DNA of 64,000 nucleotides from the NCBI GenBank assembly GCA_965243025.1, contig CBDETY010000003.1:6336001-6400000 (forward strand), given 5' to 3'. Shown in pieces: positions 18,593-28,492 of this stretch; position 1 is the first letter of the stretch, and every line of letters starts with the position of its first letter. The notes beneath the pieces are model-generated. The model worked only from the letters and a program-made list of their open reading frames with translations. It did not search any database and had not been told where the DNA came from. Position numbers and translations under genes: made by a program. The stretch is from Candidatus Latescibacterota bacterium (GTDB lineage: Bacteria; Latescibacterota; UBA2968; UBA8231).

Positions 18593-18748
18593 CGGCGGTT
18601 CGTTCGCGGCCTCTATTTTCCCGCTCGACTCCGAACCCCCCGGAGCTGACATAGCCGCTGCCACAAGAGGCTCCGGGAAGCCCAGTCACAGCGGGGTCGC
18701 AGGAAGCGTCCAGGACTCCATTCTCCCAGGAAACAGGACAAGAAACAG

Positions 18749-19537
18749 ATGTTGAGTGCAGACCAGAAACGCGAGTTCGTGGAAGAGGGGTACCTCCAGA
18801 TTCCCGCCCTGGTGCCCGAATCCATGATGAAGCCCGCCTTGCGGGCGATCAACCACTCCATCGGGGAAGTGGGAGCAACGGGTGATGACCCGAAAAATTT
18901 CCGGGTTGCCGGCTTCTGCGCCGAACTGGTTACCTCCCCGATACTGACCGACATCATCAACCGCACCCCCGTCCTGAAAATTGCCGAAGAATTGCTAGGG
19001 AAGGGGAACGTATCCCCTGTGCCGTATGTCCAGATAGCGCCGCGGTTTCCCATGGCGGTCGGAAAGGAGCCCGAACCGGATTCCGGCCACCTGGACGGGA
19101 TTGGTTCAGGCAGCAACGGCACGCCCAAGGGGGAGTATATACGCAATTTCACGTTGTTCGTGGTTGTATATCTTGTGGACGTACTTGAACCTGAAAGCGG
19201 CAATTTCACCGTCTGGCCCCACTCCCATATCGAGTACGAGGAATGGTTCCGCGAGGTCGGCCACGAGGTCTTGAAAAAAGGAGTGCCCGAGCTTCCCCTG
19301 TCCCGGGAAAGAGTGATGATAACAGGAAAGGCGGGGGATGTGATTCTGGCCCACCACCAGGTACAGCACACGGCAGGACCCAATACTTCCCCTCATGTAA
19401 GGCATGCCGTCATCAGCCGCATCCCGCACAAGGATTGCGAGGAAATAAACAAGGATGCGTTCACCGATATCTGGCGGGAGTGGGAAGGTATCGCCGAGCT
19501 GACGGCGCGCTACAGGGAAACTTCCAGCAGCAACTGA
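18749..19537 (+). CDS. Phytanoyl-CoA dioxygenase family protein
   Basis: FVEEGYL, HLD, GNFTVWPHSH, AGDVILAH...H...N..R. Confidence 0.88.
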   Translation: MLSADQKREFVEEGYLQIPALVPESMMKPALRAINHSIGEVGATGDDPKNFRVAGFCAELVTSPILTDIINRTPVLKIAEELLGKGNVSPVPYVQIAPRFPMAVGKEPEPDSGHLDGIGSGSNGTPKGEYIRNFTLFVVVYLVDVLEPESGNFTVWPHSHIEYEEWFREVGHEVLKKGVPELPLSRERVMITGKAGDVILAHHQVQHTAGPNTSPHVRHAVISRIPHKDCEEINKDAFTDIWREWEGIAELTARYRETSSSN

Positions 19538-19603
19538 CAGAGTGCACGCCTTGGAGCAAGGTCTTGAGCTGCGGGGCTGCGCCGGGGCGGGCGCAGGGCT
19601 GAT

Positions 19604-20506
19604 TCAGCTCTCGACCTTATCCAGGATGGACCAGTCGAACTCCACCATCTTCAGGTCCAGGTCCCGCCAGTAGTACTTGAACTCGTCCGAGTCCCACCCT
19701 TCATAAGCTTCTTCCCAGGTCATCAGGTCGATGTGGGGCCTGAGCGACATCTCCTCCACCGGCAGGGACAGCGGCTGGTAGCGATAGTCGCACGACAGCC
19801 GGACCCGGTCCCCGGTCAGGTTGGGCAGCGACCGGTGCACGGTATGGCTGTGGAAGAGGATGGCGTCGCCAACCTCCAGATCCCCTTCGACCCAGTCGTT
19901 GTCCAACTCGTCGAGGACCACGGTGCGGCCGCCGGCTCCTTCAGCGCCGCGTACCGGCAGGATGTCCAGCTTGTGGGTGCCGCGCATCAGGCTCAGGCCA
20001 CCCAGCTCCCTGGGACAGTCCCCCAGGGGGATCCAGCAGGTGTAGGTTGCTCGCGTCCCCTGGACGTAGATGAAGTCCTGGTGTGGCGGGGTGGGTGCGG
20101 TCTCCCGGTGCGGCGCCATCAGCCGGGCGATGTTGCGCGGATGGACGAACACCGGCTCGCCGAAGATTTCCTCGCAGAGGCCGACGATGGCGGGGTGGTG
20201 CGCCAGCTGGTGGAACTGCTTCATCCGGTAGACGTCCTGGTAGGCGCGTTGGTCGGCGCCGTTGGAGGCGTAGCTCTCGACCTCGTTGATCGACGGGTCG
20301 ACGATCCCCTCCTCGGGATCGGTTCCCGGCAGCAGCCATCCCCTGGCCTGGTACATGCGCAGGATGAGACGGCGCAGCTCGAGCACCTCCTCCTTGGGGA
20401 TGAGGCCGCGAAAAAGGCCGAATCCGTCTTCGTCAATTTTCCGCCGCAGGGCATCCTTGTCCCCGGCCAACCGGCTTAAATCCTGGAATGGTGAAATCTT
20501 TGCCAA
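19604..20506 (-). CDS. Phytanoyl-CoA dioxygenase family protein
   Basis: HQD, WIPLGD, GTH, GDAILFHSHTVH, RLSCDYRY. Confidence 0.92.
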   Translation of the reverse strand: MAKISPFQDLSRLAGDKDALRRKIDEDGFGLFRGLIPKEEVLELRRLILRMYQARGWLLPGTDPEEGIVDPSINEVESYASNGADQRAYQDVYRMKQFHQLAHHPAIVGLCEEIFGEPVFVHPRNIARLMAPHRETAPTPPHQDFIYVQGTRATYTCWIPLGDCPRELGGLSLMRGTHKLDILPVRGAEGAGGRTVVLDELDNDWVEGDLEVGDAILFHSHTVHRSLPNLTGDRVRLSCDYRYQPLSLPVEEMSLRPHIDLMTWEEAYEGWDSDEFKYYWRDLDLKMVEFDWSILDKVES

Positions 20507-20660
20507 TGCCAGTCTCCTTTAATTTATCCGAAGCGGAATTCCGGCTCAATCATCTGTCAGGGCAAGCCCCCCGCCCGGGCGCGGAGCCGGTCGCATCCCG
20601 GGCGAGGGAAGGGAATTTGCTGGCGTTCGCGACTGCCACGGCAAAGAGGCTGCGACAGGA

Positions 20661-21611
20661 TCATCTCAATCCGTCGATATCGAACCTCGACACGAAATCC
20701 CAGATCAGACGACTGGTGTCGGAGCCGTCGTACCTGATATCGAACCAGACATGCCCGCCGTCGACAACCTTGTAATGGTCTACTGAAGTATCGTTGTCTC
20801 CACCTGGATAGGAGTAATGCTCTATGGTTACCCCACTCTCATTCCGGCTGGTTTCCATCGGATCTGCGCTGGTATTGTTGAAACCGGTCCAGTAAGCCAT
20901 CACCCCGTCGATCGACACCAACCCCTCGCCGCCCCCGTCATAGGGGACGACGAAATCCGAGGTGCCGTGAATGTTGATCATGGCCGTAGGGTGGGACGGG
21001 CGGCAGTTGTCGTAGGTTTCCTCCATCATCGTTCCGGCCACGGAGCCTATGGCCGCTATTCTGTCGCTGTGATAGCAGGCGAGCGCATAGGAAAAGAAGG
21101 CGCCGTTGGAGTAGCCGCAGGCATACACTCTTGCCGGATCGATGCTGTAGTTGGAAGAGATCCCGTCAATCAACGCTTCGACAAATCCGAAGTCGTCCAC
21201 GCCGCTTTTGTTTTCATCCGATTCCAGGCCGGAGTTCCAGTGCGGATCTCCATCCAGCAGGGCCCCCTGAGGGTAAACCAGGATAAAGACTTCCGTATCT
21301 GCGAGGGACCGCATGTCTGCGTATTCCAGGTACTGGCTGGCAACCCCGCCGTATCCGTGAAAGTTGAGCATCAGCGGAACTTCTGAAGTCCCATCGTAAG
21401 AGTCGGGCACGTACAGGATATACTCCCTCGTCATGCCATCGTGGACCAGCGTTCGCGCAAGCGAGTCTGTGGCGCCGGCATCGGGTGTATCCAGCTGCTT
21501 GTCATCCTTTTCCGGATCGGCATCGGGTGTGTTCAGTTGCTTGTCGCCGTTTTCCGAACAGGAGAACAGGCTTGACAACGCTATGATGGGGACGATGAGA
21601 AGGTATTTCAT
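20661..21611 (-). CDS. Lipoprotein esterase, LpqC/PHB depolymerase family (alpha/beta hydrolase)
   Basis: Lipobox LFSC, FHGYGG, GYSNG nucleophile, HGTSD, GGHVW. Confidence 0.88.
   Translation of the reverse strand: MKYLLIVPIIALSSLFSCSENGDKQLNTPDADPEKDDKQLDTPDAGATDSLARTLVHDGMTREYILYVPDSYDGTSEVPLMLNFHGYGGVASQYLEYADMRSLADTEVFILVYPQGALLDGDPHWNSGLESDENKSGVDDFGFVEALIDGISSNYSIDPARVYACGYSNGAFFSYALACYHSDRIAAIGSVAGTMMEETYDNCRPSHPTAMINIHGTSDFVVPYDGGGEGLVSIDGVMAYWTGFNNTSADPMETSRNESGVTIEHYSYPGGDNDTSVDHYKVVDGGHVWFDIRYDGSDTSRLIWDFVSRFDIDGLR
21477..21556 (-). repeat. 42-bp (14-aa) tandem repeat in lipoprotein linker
   Basis: ENGDKQLNTPDADP / EKDDKQLDTPDAGA. Confidence 0.85.
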
Positions 21612-21635
21612 TGCTGGGTCCGTCCAGATCTACGT

Positions 21636-23783
21636 TTACTCGATTTTACCGATATCGAAGTTGAGACAGAAGCGGGCGTGTCGTCCTGCGGCCGGGTACA
21701 GGTAGGTAAGCCCACTTCCCGATGCGTCGGGATAACCCGTTGTGCTGTAGGAGCGATCGAAAACGTTGAATACGTCGAGCGTTGCCGCAACCGGGCCCAC
21801 TCGATATTTGAGCCGGCAGTCCACAGTGCTGTAGCCGGGCAGCGGAATCGCATTGGCGTCATCGAGAAAAATGCGGTTCGCAGATTTGAGGACGAGGCTC
21901 CCACCCAGGCCGGACTTATGTGCCGCGTTGAAGCCGCCGTAGATCGCATCGCGTGGAATTGCCTTGAGGAATCTGCCCGCATTCTCGCCGATTCGGGACC
22001 TGGCGGATTGGTGGGTGTAGTTGAGAAACAGATTCAGGTTGGACTTCACCGTAACCCTGAGACCCGTTTCAATTCCCCGATGCCGGCTTTTACCGATGTT
22101 CACGTACTTGAGCTGCTGAAGGTCGAAATCCAGCTCGTTCTTCATGTCCATGGTATACGCCGCGAGTGAAACTTCGCCGTACAGGAGATTCGGAGACAGT
22201 ACCGCGCGATGATAACCTCCCGCCTCGACAGATGTCCCGAACTGGGGATTCAGATCCCCGCTGGACAGGGCGATTTTGAACGGGGGATCCGGGGGGAACT
22301 GCAGGATGATCGAACGCTGGTCGTACAGCTGGTCCAGTGTCGGGGTTTTGAACGATCGCGAAACGTTGGCGTACAGATTGCCGACATGCCGGTCTGTCTT
22401 TACATAACTGAAATTCGCTCCGGCTTTCGGACTCAACTCCGAGTGAGTTGTCGATTGCTCATCACCTTCACTTGGCGATTCAGGGGCAAACCGATCCCGA
22501 ATCAGATCGGCCCGTAATCCCAGGACGAGGCGCAGGGCTTGAACCGGCGCAACTTCGTACTGCAGGAACCCGGCCGCCGAGCTCCGGGTGCCGGCGCCCT
22601 TTTCCTCCAACTCGCCGCGGGCAATGGAATCCGTCTCACTGTATTCAGGCGATCCACCGAGAAGGAACCGATAGTACTCGGACGAGAGCGAATGCACTCC
22701 CGCGTCGCCGCCAAGAACGAGGCGGTTTCTGCCGCGGGATCCCGGTTGGCCGAACGTCAGTTGCAGCGAGCTCGTGAGGCGCGAGGCTGTAAGCAGACGA
22801 TTCTTCGTGTCTGCAAACTCGGGGCTCAGTTGCAGTGTCCTGACAGCATCGGAATCGCGGTACTCCCCGGAAACCGTACCGGCGATTCTCGCCATGCCAT
22901 CGAGATTGTAATTGCCCGTTATCGCGGCCCGATGCGTTCGGTCGATGGTACGGTCGAACTTGTAGAACGGTGTGGACTGGGAGCGGTCCTCGTTCAACTC
23001 GGCGCCGGTCAACGGACCGGGTTCGTCAAATTGCTGAAAGTGATGAGTTGTCGAGAGGGAAAGTGAACCGTCGGGCTTTTGCAACAGGGCGAAGGAGCCC
23101 CCAAGGTTTCCCACCGTGCGGCCGCCATGATCCCGGAACCCGGCGTGCCGCTCTCCCGATCCGAATGCCGCATACTCGCGCCGGTTCCAGAGACCGCTCG
23201 TTCGCGCCTGTGCGCCAAGTGATCCAAAGTTTTCGCTGAATGCTGAAACCCGGGTCAGAGGTGCTTGCTCGCCGGAGGTGACCACGTTGACGACACCACC
23301 GATCGCAGCGTCGCCGTACAGGGAAGAAGCGCCCCCGCGCAGAAATTCAATCGAGCTGATACTTGCCAGCGGGATGGCATTCCAGTTCATCAGCCCTTTC
23401 TCGAGCTCGTTGACCGGCCTTCCATCGATCATGACCAGCAGGTATTCCGCTTCGCCGCCTCCATAAAAACCGCGCAGCGTTGCCAACGGATCGCGCTTCA
23501 GCCCATCGCGGTGGAGAAACGAAATTCCCGGAAGAGTCTCCAGGGCATCCGCGAGATTCTTCAGTGGCAGGAATTCCATCTCGGCGCGGGTACGCACCGA
23601 CACGGCAGCGGTAGATTCAAAAAGCGGGTTTTCCATCCGCTCCGCAGCGACAACGGTTTCTTCAACTTGATAAATCCTCTCAGAATCATCCTGGGCACCC
23701 GCCCGGTCCATGAAAACCGGTGATACCTGGTGCGCGATACAGAGGGGAATCAGGAGGTCTCTACCCAAGCGTGGACCAAACAT
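21636..23783 (-). CDS. TonB-dependent receptor
   Basis: ETVV TonB-box-like, plug LRG...LVMIDG...IEFLRGGASSLYGDAAIGGVVN, FKTPTLDQLY, NVFDRSY; start uncertain (23783 or 23837). Confidence 0.92.
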   Translation of the reverse strand: MFGPRLGRDLLIPLCIAHQVSPVFMDRAGAQDDSERIYQVEETVVAAERMENPLFESTAAVSVRTRAEMEFLPLKNLADALETLPGISFLHRDGLKRDPLATLRGFYGGGEAEYLLVMIDGRPVNELEKGLMNWNAIPLASISSIEFLRGGASSLYGDAAIGGVVNVVTSGEQAPLTRVSAFSENFGSLGAQARTSGLWNRREYAAFGSGERHAGFRDHGGRTVGNLGGSFALLQKPDGSLSLSTTHHFQQFDEPGPLTGAELNEDRSQSTPFYKFDRTIDRTHRAAITGNYNLDGMARIAGTVSGEYRDSDAVRTLQLSPEFADTKNRLLTASRLTSSLQLTFGQPGSRGRNRLVLGGDAGVHSLSSEYYRFLLGGSPEYSETDSIARGELEEKGAGTRSSAAGFLQYEVAPVQALRLVLGLRADLIRDRFAPESPSEGDEQSTTHSELSPKAGANFSYVKTDRHVGNLYANVSRSFKTPTLDQLYDQRSIILQFPPDPPFKIALSSGDLNPQFGTSVEAGGYHRAVLSPNLLYGEVSLAAYTMDMKNELDFDLQQLKYVNIGKSRHRGIETGLRVTVKSNLNLFLNYTHQSARSRIGENAGRFLKAIPRDAIYGGFNAAHKSGLGGSLVLKSANRIFLDDANAIPLPGYSTVDCRLKYRVGPVAATLDVFNVFDRSYSTTGYPDASGSGLTYLYPAAGRHARFCLNFDIGKIE

Positions 23784-23829
23784 GAAGGCAGGTCTTCTGG
23801 CAGAGCGTTGCCTTCCCGCAGCGGTCCGA

Positions 23830-24720
23830 CTATACACAACCCGGGAACTCGCGCCCGCGGATCAGGGGCCAACCGTTGACAGGTTCCGGTCCGACAAGGC
23901 AACCGCGCTTTTTCAGTTGTTCGGTCTCTTCCGGTGTGCCGATGTACCGCGTGTCCGAGGAGACGTAGTGAATCGACCAGCCTCGCCGCCGGTTCGGCGT
24001 GGTATTCGGGCCGCTGCAATGAAGCGCCAGGCTGTGGTGAAAGGTCGCGTCACCGGCTTTCAGCGGAACTGCGACCTCTTGGGCGAGCACGTCCTCGGTC
24101 AGCATGTAGGGGAGGTGGTCCCAGTTGACCAGGCCGAAGTTGTGGCTTCCCGGGATGAATCGCACACAGCCGTTCTCGACAGTCGCATCGTCGAGCAGGA
24201 CCTGGCACGTGACCTGGAAGTTGCTGGCGAAGAAGGCCCAGAAAACCGAATCCTGGTGGTAGCGGTTCGCCTTGGCGTAGGGCGGCTTCGCAAAGACCTG
24301 GTCGTAGTAGAGCTTGATGTCCGGCCCCATCAGGGACTCGATGACGTCGACGATTTTCGGGCTCCGGACCACCGCCTTGAAAACCGGATCGTGGTACGAA
24401 GGCAGGATGAGATGGCGTATCGTATCCAGCGGGTCCTCGGCCGGGGTGCCGCCTTCGGGCGCGGTTGCTTCCCCTTTCGGGTAGACCTGGGTGCCGAGTC
24501 GGTCATGGCGGCTTCCGTGAGGTGTGGACGGGTCGTCGGCTTGAGCCGTTTCCGGAGTGTGGAGAGAGATGTTGCCCTCCGGGTAGTCGGGAACGCGGCC
24601 GAGCGCGAGGTCGGCGTAGTGGTTGCGCAGGGTGTCGAGCTCGTCCGCGGTGAGCAGCTCTCTGACGACGATATAGCCGTCTTCGAAAAACCGGGATTTC
24701 TGTTCCTGTGTCAGGGCCAT
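23830..24720 (-). CDS. Phytanoyl-CoA dioxygenase family protein
   Basis: FFEDGY, YHQD, ENGCVRFIPGSH, FHHSLALHCSGPN..RR. Confidence 0.93.
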   Translation of the reverse strand: MALTQEQKSRFFEDGYIVVRELLTADELDTLRNHYADLALGRVPDYPEGNISLHTPETAQADDPSTPHGSRHDRLGTQVYPKGEATAPEGGTPAEDPLDTIRHLILPSYHDPVFKAVVRSPKIVDVIESLMGPDIKLYYDQVFAKPPYAKANRYHQDSVFWAFFASNFQVTCQVLLDDATVENGCVRFIPGSHNFGLVNWDHLPYMLTEDVLAQEVAVPLKAGDATFHHSLALHCSGPNTTPNRRRGWSIHYVSSDTRYIGTPEETEQLKKRGCLVGPEPVNGWPLIRGREFPGCV

Positions 24721-24874
24721 GGGAATCTCCGAATGTCAAGCGGCCTGGCGGGTGCGGGGACGATCTTCACCTGCCCCGCAGACCGGGTATTGGTTCACAT
24801 ATACGCAAAAGATCGGAAAGATCCTGAGCTTGCCTGCGTTCCGCGGCGGCCCTGCAACAGCTGGCCAACCCCGG

Positions 24875-25696
24875 TCAGACCGCCACGTTGTCCGGGCCGT
24901 AGTAGTCGTTGATGGTTGGCGCAAAGCGCCGCGTTCCCCACACCCCACGGAAGAGCGTCCGGCGCTTGGGGGGCAGCTTCTCGATCAGCTCGTGAGGAAT
25001 GTCGAAACGGTGAAACTGCGCCGTGATCGGGCAGTAGGAGTTCAGGACCGCCATTCTCGGCGTGTCGGGGTTGTGCCACAGGCCCCCGGCGTGGGTGATG
25101 GCTTCGGTGAAGATAACCAGCGATCCCTCGGGGCACTCGTAGGACTTCATGATCGGCGACCCGTGCTCGAGCAGGTGATCGGGAGTGGGGAAGTTCCCCT
25201 TGTGCGAACCGGGCGCGAAGGTCGTCCCCTCATCCTCCGGCCCGACCGGGTTGAGCTCCCACCCGACGCGCACCATGCCGCTGTAGATGCGCTGATTCTG
25301 GCAGAGGTAGGCGAACAGCGGCCCGACGCGCGGGGCCCCGTGCGGGGGCACGCCGCGCTCCCCGGCCGGCTTGATGTTGTACCACGTGCTCTCGAAACGG
25401 AAGGTGTAGGCGTCGGCCTTGTAGACCCGTTCCGCCTCGTCCCCGGCGAGGACTTCGGAGAGGATGTCGACGAGGACGGGGTGGTCGAGGAGCTCCGAGG
25501 TGGGACCGGTCACCAGGTGGAGGGTTGTCGGATCGGGATCGATTGAAGCGAAATGCTCGTGGTCGGGCAGCGATTCCGGATCGTTCTTCAGCGTCAGGAT
25601 GAACTCGCGCATCCTGCGGCACTCCTCCGCGGTCAGGACTCCCGGGACTACCAGGAAGCCGTTCAGATCGAATAGATACTTCTGCTCGTTCGTCAT
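24875..25696 (-). CDS. Phytanoyl-CoA dioxygenase family protein with H-G-A in place of H-x-D
   Basis: YLFDLNGFL, PHGA, PGSHKGNF, FTEAITH, distal R; start MTNEQK after GGAG. Confidence 0.85.
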   Translation of the reverse strand: MTNEQKYLFDLNGFLVVPGVLTAEECRRMREFILTLKNDPESLPDHEHFASIDPDPTTLHLVTGPTSELLDHPVLVDILSEVLAGDEAERVYKADAYTFRFESTWYNIKPAGERGVPPHGAPRVGPLFAYLCQNQRIYSGMVRVGWELNPVGPEDEGTTFAPGSHKGNFPTPDHLLEHGSPIMKSYECPEGSLVIFTEAITHAGGLWHNPDTPRMAVLNSYCPITAQFHRFDIPHELIEKLPPKRRTLFRGVWGTRRFAPTINDYYGPDNVAV

Positions 25697-25919
25697 CGGT
25701 GTTCTCCCTTGGTTCTTCTGCGGAGGGAAGAATGAAGGGAGGTTTCTCCTTCCCGGACAAGGGAACCCCGCTCCGGGAACGGTCCAGGTCCGGGCGGCCG
25801 CCCTCAGAAAGTGGTATCTCCCGCGAGAGCCCGAATGCCGTGGATGGCTTGCCGATCGGGGCGGGGCTGTGTTCCCAGGGGTGTTCTGAACCCCTGGCCC
25901 CCCAACCTCTCTCGTCAGG

Positions 25920-26741
25920 TCAGGGATCGCAGGGACGGTACTCGTTCCGCGCGTTCCAGCCCGGGTAATGTTGTTCCAGCGCCGCGAGGGTCTGGGCGGT
26001 GTAGTACGGGTGACCCGCGGGAGGGAAGCGGAACAGCTCGCGGTCCCTTGCCCCGAGGCCGCCGATGAACTCCCGAAAGTCGCTGTTGTGACCGACGTCC
26101 GTGAAGTGCCGCACTCCCTCCCAGTAATGGTCGCCGTGCCCGAAAGCAAACCCCCAGGTGTAACGCTGGCCATCCTTCCGGGTATAGTCGCTGGCGGAGT
26201 GCCAGGTGTGGGTGTGAAAAACGCACAGGGTGCCGCCTTCGCATACCAGGTGCTCGGCCTTCTCCATATCGCCGGCGTGTTCGTGGGGGATCAGCCGCAG
26301 CGGCGCCTGGTCTTCGGCAACCGCTTCGGGATGAATCCAGAACCAGATCTGCTTGTGCGTTCTGTCATCCGTCGGCGGCAGGAGAGAGTTGTTCCCGTTG
26401 TCGAGGTGGGCCTGCAGCGAATTGCATTTGAAGCCGGGATACCTCACCAGGCAGCTCCGGGGCCGGAAATGGATGTGATCCGTGCGATACCATTGGCGGG
26501 CGAACTCGATGGCATTGCGATTCAACGCAGCCTCGTTGAGTATCGGTTCGGAAAACGGGAAGATGCGGTAGTCCCAACAGCCCTCGGGAGGAGCTTCCTC
26601 AATTTCGTCCCAGGGCTTCAGGATCCTCCGCACCGCGGCGGCAATCTCCTTTCGCTGCTCTTCGTCCAGGAAGCCGTGAACGATTGCGTAACCGCGTTCT
26701 TCCAGCTCATCGATGTGGCTGTCGGTCAATCGATTGGGCAT
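25920..26741 (-). CDS. Phytanoyl-CoA dioxygenase family protein
   Basis: LEERGY, HLD, FHTHTWHSAS...R. Confidence 0.85.
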   Translation of the reverse strand: MPNRLTDSHIDELEERGYAIVHGFLDEEQRKEIAAAVRRILKPWDEIEEAPPEGCWDYRIFPFSEPILNEAALNRNAIEFARQWYRTDHIHFRPRSCLVRYPGFKCNSLQAHLDNGNNSLLPPTDDRTHKQIWFWIHPEAVAEDQAPLRLIPHEHAGDMEKAEHLVCEGGTLCVFHTHTWHSASDYTRKDGQRYTWGFAFGHGDHYWEGVRHFTDVGHNSDFREFIGGLGARDRELFRFPPAGHPYYTAQTLAALEQHYPGWNARNEYRPCDP

Positions 26742-26976
26742 CGGGTGCCTCCTGTTGTCGAGTGCCGCCCGGAGAGCAGAAGATCACCGCTCGATCTCCC
26801 GCCTTTGGTGCGGGGGCCTGCCGCATCCGCTTGCATCGAACCCCCCGGTTATCGCCGCTCCCCCGGCGCCTTGACAAAGCATCGACAAGGGCCCTTATCG
26901 AAGGGAGCCCCGCTTGCGGTAAGATGAACGGCGTGCGGGAAAATGTTACTGGCAAACTACAGAGAAGGAGGCGGTT

Positions 26977-28428
26977 TTGAAACCGGATGAGGAGAGGATC
27001 ATCTCCGACGAAATGGCCCTCGGCTACCACCTGATGCACCCGGGAGGAGACAGCGCTCCGGGCGACCCCAACCTCGCCTACTGCCTCGACGGCACCTACC
27101 ACCTGCACTACATCCTGCAGCACCCCTGGCAGGACGGCAACTCCTTTTCCTTCGTCCACGTCACCAGCCCCGACATGCTGCACTGGACGTGGCAGCCCAC
27201 GAAGCTGCAGCCCTCCTTTACCGGCCACGGCACCTTCAGCGGCACCGGGTTCATCACCAGGGAGGGAAGGCCCGCCGCCATCTACGCCGGCCTGTCGGAT
27301 CCGAGGCACTCCTGGATCGCGGTCGCCAGGGACAGGCAGCTCAGCGGCTGGGAGAAACCCTTTCCGATACTTCCCGGAGGGGGCCCCGGCGGAGCCGACC
27401 TTCCCCTGACTATGGACCCCGACTGCTTCCTCGTCGACGACACCTACTACGCCTTTTCCGCGGCCGACGATGTTCAGCTGTGCAAGTCGACGGACCTCGC
27501 AAACTGGACCTACGTCGGGCCCTTCATGCAGCGGGACATGCCGGACGTCGCCATCGGCGAGGACGTGTCGTGCGCCAACTTCTTCCCGATCGGGAACAAG
27601 TGGATGCTGCTGTGCATCAGCCACACGATCGGTTGCCGCTACTACCTCGGCGACTGGGACGCCGAGGCCGAGCAGTTCGTCCCCGACGCGCACGCGCGCA
27701 TGAACTGGAAGCATCCCGGACAGTCGCTCACCGATCCTCAGTACCAGGACTATTTCGCGCCGGAGAGCGTGCTGACCGCCGACGGCCGCCGCGTCATGTG
27801 GTCCTGGCTCAGAACCCTCGATCCGGAGATCATGCTCAAGTCGATCCAGTCGCTGCCGCGCGAGCTCAGCCTCGACGGGGACGGCAGCCTGCGCATCCGA
27901 CCGTTGCGGGAGCTCGAATCGCTCCGCTGCGACGGGCAGGTGTTCGACGACGTGGTGGTGACCAGGCCCGAGGAGCTGCACGTCGCCGAGACCGAAGCGG
28001 ACGCCTTCGAGGTGCGCATCGCGGTGGACAGGGCGGCGGCCGAGCGCCGGCGCTTCGGCTTCCGGCTGTTCGCCGGCGGCGACGACGAAGGCCTCCTGGT
28101 GCTGATTCGTCCCGAGTCCGGCACCATCTGCCTCGGCGAAACCGAGGCGCCGTTCGCCGTCGCCGATCTTCCCGAAGGAGAGGATGTCGAGCTGCGCATC
28201 TTCGCCGACAAGTACCTCGTCGAGGTCTTCGTCAACGGCCGCCAGGCGGCATTGACCGCCCACATGACCTGGCGGGACGGCGGCAGGGGTCTGAACGCAT
28301 ACGCCTTCTTCGGCTGGGGCAACGACCCGGTCAGGATCCGCAGAATCGAGATATGGAAGCTCAAACCGACAAACCAGGGGTTTCTGGAAGCGCGCGAGAA
28401 CCGCATCTGGGAGCCCGACTTTGCCTGA
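26977..28428 (+). CDS. Glycoside hydrolase family 32-like protein
   Basis: GDPN, YHLHY, SPDMLHW, FSGT, DP, QSLPREL, ELRIFADKYLVEVFVN; AAGGAGG RBS before TTG. Confidence 0.85.
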   Translation: MKPDEERIISDEMALGYHLMHPGGDSAPGDPNLAYCLDGTYHLHYILQHPWQDGNSFSFVHVTSPDMLHWTWQPTKLQPSFTGHGTFSGTGFITREGRPAAIYAGLSDPRHSWIAVARDRQLSGWEKPFPILPGGGPGGADLPLTMDPDCFLVDDTYYAFSAADDVQLCKSTDLANWTYVGPFMQRDMPDVAIGEDVSCANFFPIGNKWMLLCISHTIGCRYYLGDWDAEAEQFVPDAHARMNWKHPGQSLTDPQYQDYFAPESVLTADGRRVMWSWLRTLDPEIMLKSIQSLPRELSLDGDGSLRIRPLRELESLRCDGQVFDDVVVTRPEELHVAETEADAFEVRIAVDRAAAERRRFGFRLFAGGDDEGLLVLIRPESGTICLGETEAPFAVADLPEGEDVELRIFADKYLVEVFVNGRQAALTAHMTWRDGGRGLNAYAFFGWGNDPVRIRRIEIWKLKPTNQGFLEARENRIWEPDFA

Positions 28429-28492
28429 GAGTCGGCGTCTACGATCCGGCCCTGTCCGGAGGGGGCGGAGGACTAAAAGGGGAGTAAGTACC

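Noticed and set aside
24875-26173. Long N-terminal extensions in the ORF track (also 29922-30980, 36809-38296, 37975-39423, 40520-41965)
   Set aside because: Extensions overlap neighbouring genes; starts were moved to downstream codons matching RBS and family N-termini.
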